In this document: piece after piece, positions 12,931 through 26,794 of the stretch
Numbering within the stretch: the first letter of the stretch is position 1
Layout of the letters: each line of letters starts with the position of its first letter
NCBI GenBank assembly: GCA_950097015.1
Contig: CATNEN010000003.1
Span: forward strand, 8,246,001 to 8,310,000
From: Macrostomum hystrix
Taxonomy: Eukaryota; Animalia; Platyhelminthes
Direction of reading: 5' to 3'
DNA length: 64,000 bases
Program-made: the position numbers and the translations under genes
The notes under the pieces: generated by a model
What the model was told of the DNA's origin: nothing
What the model saw: only the letters and a program-made list of their open reading frames with translations
Databases searched by the model: none

Positions 12931-15490
12931 GTCGCCGCTGAAGGAATTTGTACTCTCCACCGAAACTGCGCGAATTCTGCCGTCCGGATGCGGCTGAAGC
13001 CAGTAATGTTCTGCGCCGCTGCAGCACAAACAGCAGAACGCAGACAATCAGCAGCAGCAGCAGTACTGTCAGAGTTACCAGCACAACAACTGCCGCGGTG
13101 CCGAAGCTACCGGAGCTCGGACCGTTTCCAGCGGCGCTGCTTCGCTGCTCCATGGCTGGAGTGTCCTGCAGACTGATGTAGATTGACACGGAGGTCTCCA
13201 GTCGAGGAACTCCGCAATCCGCTGCGTGGATGGTCAATCGATGACTGCCCAGATCGGAGAGCTGCATCTGCTGGTGCACCTGTAGCCGGCCGGTGTTTTC
13301 CGACACGGAGAATAAACTGCTCGCCTGTTCCAAGCGGTACCGAATGCGGCTGTTCTCGCCCGCCTCGTCGGCATCTTTAGCCACGGCCTTCAGGATGAGG
13401 TAGCTAGGTTGTTCATGCACCGACACCGAGAAATTGTCATTGCTATAGGGGAAGATGAACTGCGGCCTGCAGTCGTTTCTGTCCATAATCTGCACTGTAG
13501 CCAATGTTGAAGAGGTCAGACTGGGAGTGCCAAAGTCCCTGGCAAACACTTGAACAATGTAGGATGCTTTCGACTCGCGGTCAAAGCTCCGCTTGGCCAC
13601 AAGATAGCCGTCCTCCGTCACGGCAAATGAATCCTTGTCGCCGCCGTAGAAGGCGATCCTTCCGCCATCGTCTGTGTCCGGATCCGTGGCTCGGATGGGG
13701 CCCAGCTTGATGCCGGGTGGACCATTCTCTTCCACCGAGAAGTCCACTGACGATGGCAGAATCGGGGCGACATCGTTCACGTCTTTGATCTCGATGTAGA
13801 TTGTTGCAGTCGCTGAGAACTGGAAGTTCTTGCCATTGTCATGCGCGATGACAAAAATTGTCAGGCTGGAACGCAGTTCGCGGTCCAAGCGTCTTATCAC
13901 TGTGACAGTTCCGCCATGCCTGGTGACATCGAAGTTGTTGGTCTCCGGCACTGACGGGTCTCTGAGAATGTAGTAGCTGATTAGACCGTTTTCATTGATG
14001 TCGCCGTCGGTGGCGGACAGATTAGCAATCACGTGACCTAGAGCACAATTCTCCGACACGGAGCGGAAGAGTGTACTCTGCACAAACCTGGGCTCGTGGT
14101 CATTCTCATCTTCGACGATAATTGTGAGGCCTTCTCGCGACTGCAGGCCGCCACCGTCGGTGCAGCGTACGATAACCGAGTAGGTATCCTTCCTCTCTCG
14201 ATCCAGCTCATCCCTGGTTAGTATCTGGAACAGATGCAGCCTCCGATCGTATTCTTTAACTTCAAACTCGGAGCGCGGACCCTGCTCTAACACACATTGC
14301 ACGCTGCCATTGATGCCCAGATCATCGTCTTTCACCGCAAAAGACATGACCACAGTGCTGGGTTGCCGGTTTTCAAAGACGCTGGCCCGACTTGCCTGCA
14401 GGTCAATGCGCGGCAGGCAGTCGTTCAGATCAAGAACTGTCAGCTGCACAGCGGCTACGCTGGTCTTCGAAGGCGAGCCGCAGTCGACGGCGCGCACGTG
14501 AAACTCCAGCATCGAGTGCTCCTCGCGATCGATCGGTCGTTTGATTGCGATTACGCCATCGTCTAGACCCACGTCAATCAGCTGGCTAATGTAAGCTGGA
14601 CTGTCAGGCGCAAGCTGGTACTTCACACGACCATTCTCGCCAATGTCTCCATCTGTGGCGCGCACAATGAGCGCTGGCTTTGGCATCGAGTTCTCCACAA
14701 CGGTGGCTCGGTATGACTCGCGATCGAAAACTGGGAAGCAGTCGTTTGTGTCTGTAACTACAACATTCAGATGCAGATAGCCAGTCAGTGGAATGTCACC
14801 AAAGTCGCGAGCGGATACATTTAAGGTGTACGACGAGATAGCTTCGCGATCTAGTACAGCAGCTAGCGTCAGGTAGACCTGGGTCTGCGAGTCGCTGTCG
14901 ATTCTAAACTGGCTGGAGGGTGTCTCCAACGCGTAGACAACTCGAGCGTTCGGCCCGCTGTCAGCGTCGGAGGCGTGTGGAATGGGCTTCCTGGCGCCAA
15001 CTACGTCAGCCTCGCTGAAGTGCACCGTATTCTGAGCCGGGTCGAACACTGGCTCATGATCGTTTACGTCTAGGACAAAGATTCGCACGGTAAACAGCAG
15101 AATCGGTTCGTCGTAGGGTTTTACGGAACAGCTAAGCGCCAGATAGCAGTCCGAGGCGAGCGCCGAGTCTCGACACACCTGTTCCCTGTCTAGGCGTCTG
15201 ACCAGCGTCAGTTCGTGCCTGGCTGTACCACCGGCTACACTGGCCACCAGCCGCACCTGGAAATGCGCATTGTAGTCAGGACTGGTGCGCAGGAATTCGA
15301 TTCGCTTCTTGGCTAGCCGCTCAGAGCTGTAGAAGCGCAGAAGATTCAGATCGCTGGCCAAGTCTCCGATGAGCAGCGGGCCGTCCGTTTCCTCGCGTAC
15401 AGAGTAGCTGATGTTGTACCTGCCGGGCTCGCTGCTGCTGGCCAAAGCGAATAGAGTCAAGAGGAGCCACGGTAGACTGGATGAAGACAT
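12931..15490 (-). CDS. Protocadherin (delta-like, 7 extracellular cadherin repeats): large exon encoding signal peptide, ectodomain and TM
   Basis: ATG at 15490 (MSSSSLPWLLLTLFALA signal peptide). Six DxNDxxP linkers plus a seventh repeat, LDRE and AxDxG motifs, TM AAVVVLVTLTVLLLLLIVCVLLFVL. Donor C|GTAAGT at 12931/12930. A single-exon ectodomain is typical of protocadherins. Confidence 0.93.
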
Positions 15491-16369
15491 CTCGCGAATG
15501 GACAGCAATTAGACTGCTGATCGGTAGTTAGTAGATAAGCGCAATGACTCGTAGAAGAGCGCAGGGTGCTAAAAAAGCGAATAAGCCGGACGAAGGCCCC
15601 AACCAGCTTTAGTTATGGGTGATTTGCGATTTGCGCGCTCTCGGATTGGAAGGCTGGTCTGTTTGGCTGTGGACCTTGTGGTTGGTTCGCCAGCTCTCTC
15701 CCTGGCTGCCTGACCTGCTAGCTGCAATTTTAACGTTTAGGAGGGTAGGCGGCGAAATATAACTTTCGCTTTGGATTGCTCTATAGAGTGTATGATTAAC
15801 TGCAGAACAATCAATAATTAGCTGGGATAACTGCCCGTAGTAGAGGCGCTTAAACTGATGTTTTTGAGAAACGTAAGTATGTTAAATGTTGCTAAGCAGC
15901 TAGATGAAATTCAATGAGCTAGTAGCGTTGCATAATTCACCACACAGGCCAGAGCAGCGATACTCACAAATGCTGACCAGCCTAATGAGAGCGGGTGGCA
16001 CTAGTATTTGGAGAGCCAATGGAGAAGTTAATGCGCGAGTCCACGCTTATAGAGCCATGAGGAAGTCAGAGGACTGCCGTGTGACTGACAGACTGACTGA
16101 CTGACTGACTGAGGGAATAACTGGCAAAAGAACGGAACCCCTTCCAAGCGATAGGAGAGAGAAATAGGGAGTGGCGAGAGAAGAGGAGATCTAGAAGCCT
16201 AATATTGAGCCTAATTAGGCCTCATAACTTTGCTTGCTAGTGAAATATACATCCGATATAGGTTCATCTTCTCCACAAAATTTTGTTTTGCATTGCATTG
16301 CATAGTATTTGTAGGGACTAATAGCATTGTAACACGATTTAAACTAGGATTTAATGCTTGCTTCTGGCA

Positions 16370-16910
16370 CGTACATTAGCGTCTCTAGTCTATGGTCAAA
16401 ACTATCTACGAAAGTCTAGAAAGCAACCGTGATTACAAATATTCTGGTACATTAGCTCCGATAGTCTGTGGACAAGACTATCTACGAAAGTCTAGAAAGC
16501 AACCGTGATTACAAAGATTCTGGTACATATATTAGCGTCTCTAGTCTATGGTCAAAACTATCTACGAAAGTCTAGAAAGCAACCGTGATTACAAAGATTC
16601 TGGTACATATATTAGCGTCTCTAGTCTATGGTCAAAACTATCTACGAAAGTCTAGAAAGCAACCGTGATTACAAAGATTCTGGTACATTTGCTCCGATAG
16701 TCTATGGTCAAGACTATCTACGAAAGTCAAGAAAGCAGCCGTGATTACAAATATTCTGGTACATATATTAGCGTCTCTAGTCTATGGTCAAAGCTATCTA
16801 CGAAAGTCTAGAAAGCAACCGTGATTACAAAGATTCTGGTACATTTGCTCCGATAGTCTATGGTCAAGACTATCTACGAAAGTCAAGAAAGCAGCCGTGA
16901 TTACAAAGCT
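16370..16910. repeat. 76-80-bp minisatellite, about 7 copies
   Basis: ATTAGCGTCTCTAGTCTATGG recurs at 16531 and 16611. Confidence 0.92.
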
Positions 16911-17479
16911 ACGACAGTGCGATATTTTAAAACCTCGATACGATAGTTCCTGTGCACTTTTTCATTTCATCTTTCTTCGCTAAACGTGCCTTCAGCTTAT
17001 GTATCAATTAATTTTTCGAGAAGTTCTAGTCTTTTTCTTAAAATTCTTTCTAAAAAGTCGAAATCCTCATAATCTCAATATTTAGAATCCTAATCCCTAA
17101 AACTTCGGGGACATTCTAAATTAGAAATAATCTGTTCTTTCATGACTTTCCTTTACACGCAGTTTTTTTATCCGCTTTTGCGGCGCAGGGCATTTCGGAA
17201 TAAAAACGATAATGACCAACGCAGACGAGAATACAAAGGATAAGATGAAAATAAGCCCCATCATTCTTCGATTGATATTCACTGTAAGACCGGGGATTTC
17301 TGTGAGACGCTAAAGACCAAAGTTCAGGTACATGACTGCATCAAAGTGATCAGAATTGCTTCTGCTCTAGCTAGATTAATTATTCTATAAACGTACCTTA
17401 TGACTTGCTCATTGTACGTGAGTGCACAACTTAAGTGTGTGCTGTACTTGTATGAGTGCTTAAATTTAGGGAGCGATCA

Positions 17480-17930
17480 ACTCTAGTGAGTGCTTAGCTT
17501 GAGCAAGTGCTCAACTTGAGTGAGTGCTCAACTTGAGTGAGTGCTCATCTTGAGTAAGTGCTCAACTTGAGTGAGTGCTCAACTTGAGTTAGTGCTCAAC
17601 TTCAGTGAGTGCTCAACTTAAGTGAGTGCTCAACTTGAGTGAGTGCTCAACTTGAGTAAGTGCTCAACTTCAGTGAGTGCTCAACTTGAGTGAGTGCTCA
17701 ACTTGAGTTAGTGCTCAACTTGAGTAAGTGCTCAACTTAAGTGAGTGCTCAACATAAGTGAGTGCTCAACTTGAGTGAGTGCTCAACTTTAGTGAGTACT
17801 CAACTTGAGTGAGTGCTCAACTTTAGTGAGTGCTCAACTTTAGTGAGTGCTCAACTTGAGTGAGTGCTCAACTTTAGTGAGTGCTCAACTTGAGTGAGTG
17901 CTCAACTTTAGTGAGTGTTCAACTTGAGTG
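17480..17930. repeat. 17-bp minisatellite (TGAGTGCTCAACTTGAG)n
   Basis: Direct periodicity. The unit contains the quasi-palindrome CTCAACTTGAG. Confidence 0.95.
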
Positions 17931-18444
17931 ATGGTTCGAGTGAGTGTACAATACAATTACTGTATAATAATTACTATATAATAGGCTGGTCACGTATTAA
18001 GGACTTTATTTATTTGAATCCAAACAGAAAAAAATGCATTCCGTGAAGCGAATCATCATAAGAAGTACAGCTATAAGGAGTTATTGCTCGCGCTTGAGTG
18101 AGATGTTTTAGTTTATGCTAGAAAATTCATCTCACATATAGTAAGTGTGTATATGTGTGTCAGTTCTGTTTTTACTGGAGCATATTAAATATCAATAGGA
18201 TTGATGCCCTGTCACAAAGGCATTGAAAATCTTTATTGTACCCAAATGTTGTGGAACACAGTGACAATTTGCTAAATTACATGCAACATGCGAAATTCTC
18301 ACAATTTTCGCGTAAAACTAATTCCTTGGTTCTGTCTGTACTTTTTGATTGATTAGCCATTAACTATTAATTCAGGTATTTTAATCTCTTTGTTCCTGTG
18401 ATTTCACACATGGGAGATTTTATACCCTGTTCTTCATACCTTGC

Positions 18445-18845
18445 AATCTCATACCCTGAATCTCACACCCTGAATCTCACACCCTGAATCTCATACCCTG
18501 AATCTCATACCCTGAATCTCATTCCCTGAATCTCATACCCTGAATCTCATTCCCTGAATCTCATACCCTGAATCTCATTCCCTGAATCTCATTCCCTGAA
18601 TCTCATTCCCTGAATCTCATTCCCTGAATCTCACACCCTGAATCTCATACCCTGAATCTCATTCCCTGAATCTCATATCCTGAATCTCACCCTGAATCTC
18701 ACACTCTGAATCTTATTCTCTGAATCTCACACCCTGAATCTCACACTCTGAATCTCACGCCCTGAATCTCACCCTGAATATCATTCCATGAATCTCACAC
18801 CCTGAATCTCACATCCTGAATCTCGCCCTGAATCTCATACCCTAA
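18445..18845. repeat. 14-bp minisatellite (CCCTGAATCTCATA)n
   Basis: Direct periodicity. Confidence 0.95.
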
Positions 18846-19198
18846 AACTCAAATCCTCTTACTCATACACTAAATCTAAACAGACTCGCCAGAGAAATTA
18901 ACCGCTTCTTAAACCCTAAAGTCTTTTTTCTCTGAATTTAAAAGTCTTTCTATCAACTTGTTCTCCTTTTAAATGATCAACCTAATTCTTATTCGTAGAA
19001 CGTTTAGATAAAAATTCACTATAGAAGCCATCAGACCCCTCCTTAGACCTAGAGTAGAGGGCGTTCAAATTCATTTATTTCTTCATTTAATCACAGCTAA
19101 ATAAATATCCAGCGTGATTGGAATACCTAAATTGATATCCCTAAACCACTATAACTCGCCTGTATGTTCTCACATCTATCTAAAAGTTGTAAGTGCGA

Positions 19199-20792
19199 AG
19201 ATCCTAGATCCCAGATCCTAGATCCCAGATCCTAGATCCCAGATCCTAGATCCCAGATCCTAGATCCCAGATCCTAGATCCCAGATCCTAGATCCCAGAT
19301 CCTAGATCCCAGATCCTAGATCCCAGATCCTAGATCCCAGATCCTAGATCCCAGATCCTAGATCCCAGATCCTAGATCCCAGATCCTAGATCCCAGATCC
19401 TAGATCCCAGATCCTAGATCCCAGATCCTAGATCCCAGATCCTAGATCCCAGATCCTAGATCCCAGATCCTAGATCCCAGATCCTAGATCCCAGATCCTA
19501 GATCCCAGATCCTAGATCCCAGATCCTAGATCCCAGATCCTAGATCCCAGATCCTAGATCCCAGATCCTAGATCCCAGATCCTAGATCCCAGATCCTAGA
19601 TCCCAGATCCTACAGATCCCAGATCCTAGATCCCAGATCCTAGATCCCAGATCCTACAGATCCCAGATCCTACAGATCCCAGATCCTACAGATCCCAGAT
19701 CCTACAGATCCCAGATCCTACAGATCCCAGATCCTACAGATCCCAGATCCTAGATCCCAGATCCTAGATACCAGATCCTAGATCCTAGATCCTAGATCCC
19801 AGATCCTAGATCCCAGATCCTAGATCCCAGATCCTAGATCCCAGATCCTAGATCCCAGATCCTAGATCCCAGATCCTAGATCCCAGATCCTAGATCCCAG
19901 ATCCTAGATCCCAGATCCTAGATCCCAGATCCTAGATCCCAGATCCTACAGATCCCAGATCCTAGATCCCAGATCCTACAGATCCCAGATCCTACAGATC
20001 CCAGATCCTACAGATCCCAGATCCTACAGATCCCAGATCCTACAGATCCCAGATCCTACAGATCCCAGATCCTACAGATCCCAGATCCTACAGATCCCAG
20101 ATCCTACAGATCCCAGATCCTACAGATCCCAGATCCTACAGATCCCAGATCCTACAGATCCCAGATCCTACAGATCCCAGATCCTACAGATCCCAGATCC
20201 TACAGATCCCAGATCCTACAGATCCCAGATCCTTATACAGATCCCAGATCCTACAGATCCCAGATCCTACAGATCCCAGATCCTACAGATCCCAGATCCT
20301 ACAGATCCCAGATCCTACAGATCCCAGATCCTACAGATCCCAGATCCTACAGATCCCAGATCGTACAGATCCCAGATCCTTATACAGATCCCAGATCCTA
20401 CAGATCCCAGATCCTACAGATCCCAGATCCTACAGATCCCAGATCCTACAGATCCCAGATCCTACAGATCCCAGATCCTACAGATCCCAGATCCTACAGA
20501 TCCCAGATCCTACAGATCCCAGATCCTACAGATCCCAGATCCTACAGATCCCAGATCCTACAGATCCCAGATCCTACAGATCCCAGATCCTACAGATCCC
20601 AGATCCTACAGATCCCAGATCCTACAGATCCCAGATCCTACAGATCCCAGATCCTTATACAGATCCCAGATCCTACAGATCCCAGATCCTACAGATCCCA
20701 GATCCTACAGATCCCAGATCCTACAGATCCCAGATCCTACAGATCCCAGATCCTACAGATCCCAGATCCTACAGATCCCAGATCCTAGATCC
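19199..20792. repeat. 14-bp (GATCCTAGATCCCA) to 16-bp (GATCCTACAGATCCCA) minisatellite
   Basis: Direct periodicity with a unit switch along the array. Confidence 0.97.
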
Positions 20793-22204
20793 ATTTTTAA
20801 AGACAAAAACATTGTCTACTTGCAAGAAATTTTTAGAGCTTTGCCGCTATTGTCTTTTGAAACAATATCTAGAAATACGCAGCTATTCTTCTGAAAATAT
20901 TTTCTTTACTTGCCCAAACCAAGCTACTCGAGAGTACTTCAAATTAGCCTAGGCTGCCTTTCACCTACACTTTTACTTATTTTAGCTATTCCCAATGGCT
21001 TTAGGAGTAATAATGTGAAAATATGAGAGGACCTACACCCCGATATGAACAAAAGCTTGCTCAGCTTTAGCAGCTGATCAGATAAGTTATGTGCGGTGCC
21101 AATTGAATCAACTGGCTAGCTCAAAATTGTGTTATTCTCGCTAAAAAAATCTGCCAAATTGCATTGTCCAACCCTAGGACCACTAGAAGTAGAAGACGGG
21201 AAAACCATGTTTCTTAGAAAATGTTTAGTAGATAGGTTTTTTGCCTAAGGTTACACAAAAAACATTTTATTAATGATCGATTTTTATTGGAAGCAGATTA
21301 TGAATATGGAAACTAATATCAAGAGAAAGTCCATGATCCGCCCCAGGACCAAATTGTACAGGTAGAAAGTGAAAAAGTCCTATCTCCGTAGTGTATTTTA
21401 CATTTTCTAAGAAACGCAGTTTTCCCGTCGTGCAATACTCCAAGGAAAACATTGCCAGGATTTACAGGGACACTTTCCAGCATTAATAACGTGTCTGTTA
21501 ACTGCAAGGTTAGAGTTTTTATTAAAAAAGCTTATTTTAGCATTTTCACTGACGATACAGATGAAACTTCTCAGCGCACCAGATTGGTCAAATTGAGTTT
21601 TCGTAGCGGATGCGTCCTGCATTGTAGAGACGCATGCATGCCTGCGCTCTATAGAGCACAATCGTTAACTTGCCTGCCCAAGGCCTCATTGTACAGAGTA
21701 GACATCAACTGTTCTGATCCCATGACACTGAGTTTCTTCTGCATGCTACGGAGGGAACACAACTGCATGTCCCACAGAATCAGGTAGTCGCGTCCTTCCT
21801 TTTCTTATAAAATCACCAAAGCCATTCCTTAATCCGCAGATCCCGGATTCTGATAGCTCCCGCGGACTAGGGGTAGGGGAGGTAGCTGCCCTTCCGGCCA
21901 ATGATGCTCATTGGACAGCTGGTGGTGCCAAAGCAGCTGCCTTCATTCTCTTCTTGCTTGGTCTCAACTCTCAGCTCTCTAGTTGGACTACTCTCGGACA
22001 ATCTGGCCCCATCAACCTACCCCCACTCTCTTCCTGGCTCTTTTAAATCTTTCTGCTTCCTTTTTATCCTTTTTGGAATTCTTAATAACCTTGTCTTTCT
22101 CTTTTAAAAAATCTTTATAGTAACGTTTGTATTTGTCCTTTCTAACTTTAGGCCGTCATAGGAGCATATTAACCAAATCTGGGTGAACTTGCGGTTTTAA
22201 AATT

Positions 22205-24332
22205 TGACGCTTTGTGAAGTTGATGGTCTGTGAAGTTTGTGGTTTGTGAATTTAATGGTTTGTAAAGTTGATGGTTCGTGAAGTTAATGCTTTGTGAAGT
22301 TGATGGTTTGTGAAGTTGATGGTTTGTGAAGTTGATGGTTTGTTAAGTCGATGGTTTGTGAAGTTGATGGTTTGTGAAGTTGATGCTTTGTGAAGTTGAT
22401 GGTTTGTGAAGTCGATGGTTTGTGAAGTTGATGCTTTGTGAAGTTGATGGTTTGTGAAGTTGATGGTTTGTGAAGTTGATGGTTTGTAAAGTTGATGGTT
22501 CGTGAAGTTAATGCTTTGTGAAGTTGATGGTTTGTGAAGTTGATGGTTTGTGAAGTTGATGGTTTGTTAAGTCGATGGTTTGTGAAGTTGATGCTTTGTG
22601 AAGTTGATGGTTTGTGAAGTTGATGGTTTGTGAAGTTGATGGTTTGTGAAGTTGATGGTTTGTGAAGTCGATGGTTTGTGAAGTTGATGGTTTGTGAAGT
22701 TGATGGTTTGTGAAGTTGATGGTTTGTGAAGTTGATGGTTTGTGAAGTTGATGGTTTGTGAAGTTGATGGTTTGTGAAGTTGATGGTTTGTGAAGTTGAT
22801 GGTTTGTGAAGTTGATGGTTTGTGAAGTTGATGGTTTGTGAAGTTGATGGTTTGTGAAGTTGATGGTTTGTGAAGTTGATGGTTTGTGATGTTGATGGTT
22901 TGTGAAGTTGATGGTTTGTGAAGTTTGTGGTTTGTGAAGTTGATGGTTTGTGAAGTTGATGGTTTGTGAAGTTGATGCTTTGTGAAGTTGATGGTTTGTG
23001 AAGTTGATGGTTTGTGAAGTTGATGCTTTGTGAAGTTGATGGTTTGTGAAGTTGATGGTTTGTGAAGTTGATGCTTTGTGAAGTTGATGGTTTGTGAAGT
23101 TGATGGTTTGTGATGTTGATGGTTTGTGAAGTTGATGGTTTGTGAAGTTGATGGTTTGTGAAGTTGATGCTTTGTGAAGTTGATGCTTTGTGAAGTTGAT
23201 GGTTTGTGAAGTTGATGGTTTGTGAAGTTTGTGGTTTGTGAAGTTGATGGTTTGTGAAGTTGATGGTTTGTGCAGTTGATGGTTTGTGAAGTTGATGGTT
23301 TGTGAAGTTTGTGGTTTGTGAAGTTGATGGTTTGTGAAGTTTGTGGTTTGTGAAGTTGATGGTTTGTGAAGTTGATGCTTTGTGAAGTTGATGGTTTGTG
23401 AAGTTTGTGGTTTGTGAAGTTGATGGTTTGTGAAGTTGATGGTTTGTGGAGTTGATGGTTTGTGAAGTTGATGGTTTGTGAAGTTGATGCTTTGTGAAGT
23501 TGATGGTTTGTGATGTTGATGGTTTGTGAAGTTGATGGTTTGTGAAGTCGATGGTTTGTGAAGTTGATGGTTTGTGAAGTTGATGGTTTGTGAAGTTGAT
23601 GGTTTGTGAAGTTGATGGTTTGTGAAGTTGATGGTTTGTGAAGTTGATGGTTTGTGAAGTTGATGGTTTGTGAAGTTGATGGTTTGTGAAGTTGATGGTT
23701 TGTGAAGTTGATGGTTTGTGAAGTTGATGGTTTGTGAAGTTGATGGTTTGTGAAATTTGTGGTTTGTGAAGTTTGTGGTTTGTGAAGTTTATGGTTTGTG
23801 AATTTTGTGGTTTGTGAAGTTTGTGGTTTGTGAAGTTGATGGTTTGTGAAGTTTGTGGTTTGTGAAGTTTGTGGTTTGTGAAGTTGATGGTTTGTGAAGT
23901 TGATGGTTTGTGAAGTTTGTGGTTCGTGAAGTTGATGGTTTGTGAAGTTGATGGTTTGTGAAGTTTGTAGTTTGTGAAGTTGATGCTTCGTGAAGTTGAT
24001 GGTTTGTGAAGTTGATGGTTTGTGAAGTTGATGGTTTGTGAAGTTGATGGTTTGTGAAGTTGATGGTTTGTGAAGTTGATGGTTTGTGAAGTTGATGGTT
24101 TGTGAAGTTGATGGTTTGTGAAGTTGATGGTTTGTGAAGTTGATGGTTTGTGAAGTTGATGGTTTGTGAAGTTGATGGTTTGTGAAGTTGATGGTTTGTG
24201 AAGTTGATGGTTTGTGAAGTTGATGGTTTGTGAAGTTGATGGTTTGTGAAGTTGATGGTTTGTGAAGTTGGTGTTTTGTGAAGTTTGTGGTTTGTGAAGT
24301 TGATGCTTTGTGAAGTTGATGCTTTGTGAAGT
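22205..24332. repeat. 16-bp minisatellite (GGTTTGTGAAGTTGAT)n
   Basis: Direct periodicity. Confidence 0.97.
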
Positions 24333-25329
24333 CGAGTAATGTTTGCGAGTTTCTTGGTGATTAAGTACTTACCCATGCTTATAAAAAATCTGGTTAAAAT
24401 CGCAGAAAAAAGGGTTGGCCTCAAATTCGCAACACTTGAATTTCAGTTACGACGTAATAAAAAGTTCACACCACAGCATCTTGAATGAGTTTCAATGCAG
24501 TCACTCGATGAAGAAAACTGTTACAGTTAAACTGAAGTTTCAAATTTTTCATTTTTTCCATGAGTAGCCACTTTACTCCTTGCAATCATTGAAGTACATA
24601 ATCTATGCAATTATTCAGCTAGTGAAATGTTGCAAATCAGCATTCCCGTATAGCATGCAGATTCATTCTTTTGGGATCTTTGCTTCTAGAACACATATCC
24701 TATTACCGCAAGAGAGACCAAAAGAATAGTACAATCTGAACAACCATAATTTACTGTGTGGAGTTTTTCTATCCATTGTTAGCCGCAAATAAGGGTCTAA
24801 CTATTGTACTGCATGGGTTTACAAGCAATTTTACTGATAAATTAAAAGTAAAGTTCATATCCATGCATTTCTACTATGAGTAAACGGTCAATATTCTACA
24901 CAATTTTTCCTCCTATTTTATCCAAACTCTTGTTCAAATCAAACAATTAGAGCTTAATTTCTTTAACACTGCGATAATAGTAGCTTTTAAAATGCAGTTG
25001 ATATTTAAAGTCCGAAGGTTTTGGTATCTTCCTATGAGCTTCTATGAACTCAAGCAAGAACAGCAATTTTAGTAAATCTGATGAATTGTGCACAAAGCAC
25101 AAAAGTACGAGTACATTAAGTTTATTTATTTTTATATATTATCAAATAAAAAAGAATAAACATATATATACTTTGAATGTTTCTGCTACAATTTATAATT
25201 TAAATTGCTTTATTATCTTTATTCTTAATTTTTTAGTTTAAACTCGCGTTGTCGCACACAATTTCAAACAAAAGAACCATTTTCTAAGAAACACGAACGG
25301 TAACGTCGGTTAACGCCATAAGGCACAAA

Positions 25330-25692
25330 CTAGATGGTGTTTTGTTCATACTCAGTTCGATCCTGCATAGCGGCTTGGGTCACTTTGTCTAACATATTCT
25401 CAAATTTTTTGTCCAACACTGGCGGACTGTTGTTTAACTGAATTAGCCGATGAGACAGTAGCTGCGACTTCTCACGCAGTTCAGACCTGTATTGCCTGAC
25501 GGCCAGGAAGTATTTCAAGTGCAGGGTTATCATAGCAAAGGTTGGCAAGCAGATCAGGGCCACAATTAGTAGTATTATGCCAATTAACTGGATTTTGTAG
25601 TCGAATACAAACAGCAGAGCGATGCCGCAGCAATAAACAATGAATGCTATCACATCTAGCTGGTCGTGAATCGGTTGCAATAGGTTGTCCAT
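25330..25692 (-). CDS. Small 120-aa membrane protein (two hydrophobic segments plus helical C-terminus), unknown family
   Basis: Intact ATG-TAG ORF in an AT-rich context. Hydrophobic LDVIAFIVYCCGIALLFVF and IQLIGIILLIVALICLPTFAMITL. AATAAA downstream on the minus strand near 25121. Confidence 0.6.
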   Translation of the reverse strand: MDNLLQPIHDQLDVIAFIVYCCGIALLFVFDYKIQLIGIILLIVALICLPTFAMITLHLKYFLAVRQYRSELREKSQLLSHRLIQLNNSPPVLDKKFENMLDKVTQAAMQDRTEYEQNTI

Positions 25693-26794
25693 GCTTTAGT
25701 GTTGCACTTTTATTTGTGCTGTCTGAATATTTTGGCACCAATGTTTCTAAGAACTTTGTTCTAAGAAGAATTAAAATTTTACTGTCTTGAAGTGCTATTG
25801 AAGTCAATATCGAAGTTACGGATCGATTTATTGTCTATGGCCAGAAAGTGATTTGTATAGTCTTGTTCTGCATGACAATTAATTCCCCGATTGCGCCCGG
25901 TCTTTTGTCTATGGTTATATTCATTTAGCCCGGCTATAGAGATCTAACAATAGCATTTTACAAATTAGGCGCTATATTTAGAAGTCGAAAAGGTAACTCA
26001 TGAAATACGAAACAAAAATAGTGAAAATTCCTAGAATAAAAAACGGAATCTCACCTGATCAACCTGATCAGTTCAGGAACAAAAACAGCAGCGACAGACG
26101 TGAAACTCAAAAGTGAATGATCTCCAAAGCAAAGGCAGTCTATTTGGAATAATGCTTACTCGCTCAAATCTTTTAATTGCTTTTATTCCAGATAGCATTG
26201 TGGATTCTTTCGTGAATTTGGCTTCAATTATACTATCTGATTTGGTCACTGAGCTGGAAGCTAACCTAGGCATTCCAGTTTGAGCTCTGCCCATGCCTCC
26301 TAATCTAAAACCTTAATCCCCACTCAGTGCTCAATCTAAAGCAGCAGCTATTCTTCCCAATAGTTTAAGGAGGCCACATGCCACACAGGCAAAAAGCAGA
26401 CCTGTTATTATTAGCTTTCACAGGCAGCTGTCAATGCATTTTCTGTGGAAATTAGCTTGAAGGCTTTGAATTGCAAACACCGAGTATGAAATATTGGACG
26501 TGCGTTGAGTGAACACAACTGATAAAATGACACTGACATTGGCATGGAACAGCAGAAGAAGCCACATTTGCCTGAGGCACGGATCGCATTATGAAGGGAC
26601 GCAGATGCTGCAACCAACCGCACATGCAAATTCGTTAAGGGAATTAGCTAGCAACGCCAGATATTTTGAGCATGCTTAATTAATTAACTGCTCAAAGTAA
26701 ATAAATGTTGCCATTCCGTGGGGTCATTAGAAACGCATAAATGAGCTATTCAACTAGACTACAACACTGGCTGCTTTTTAGCATTCAAAACAAA

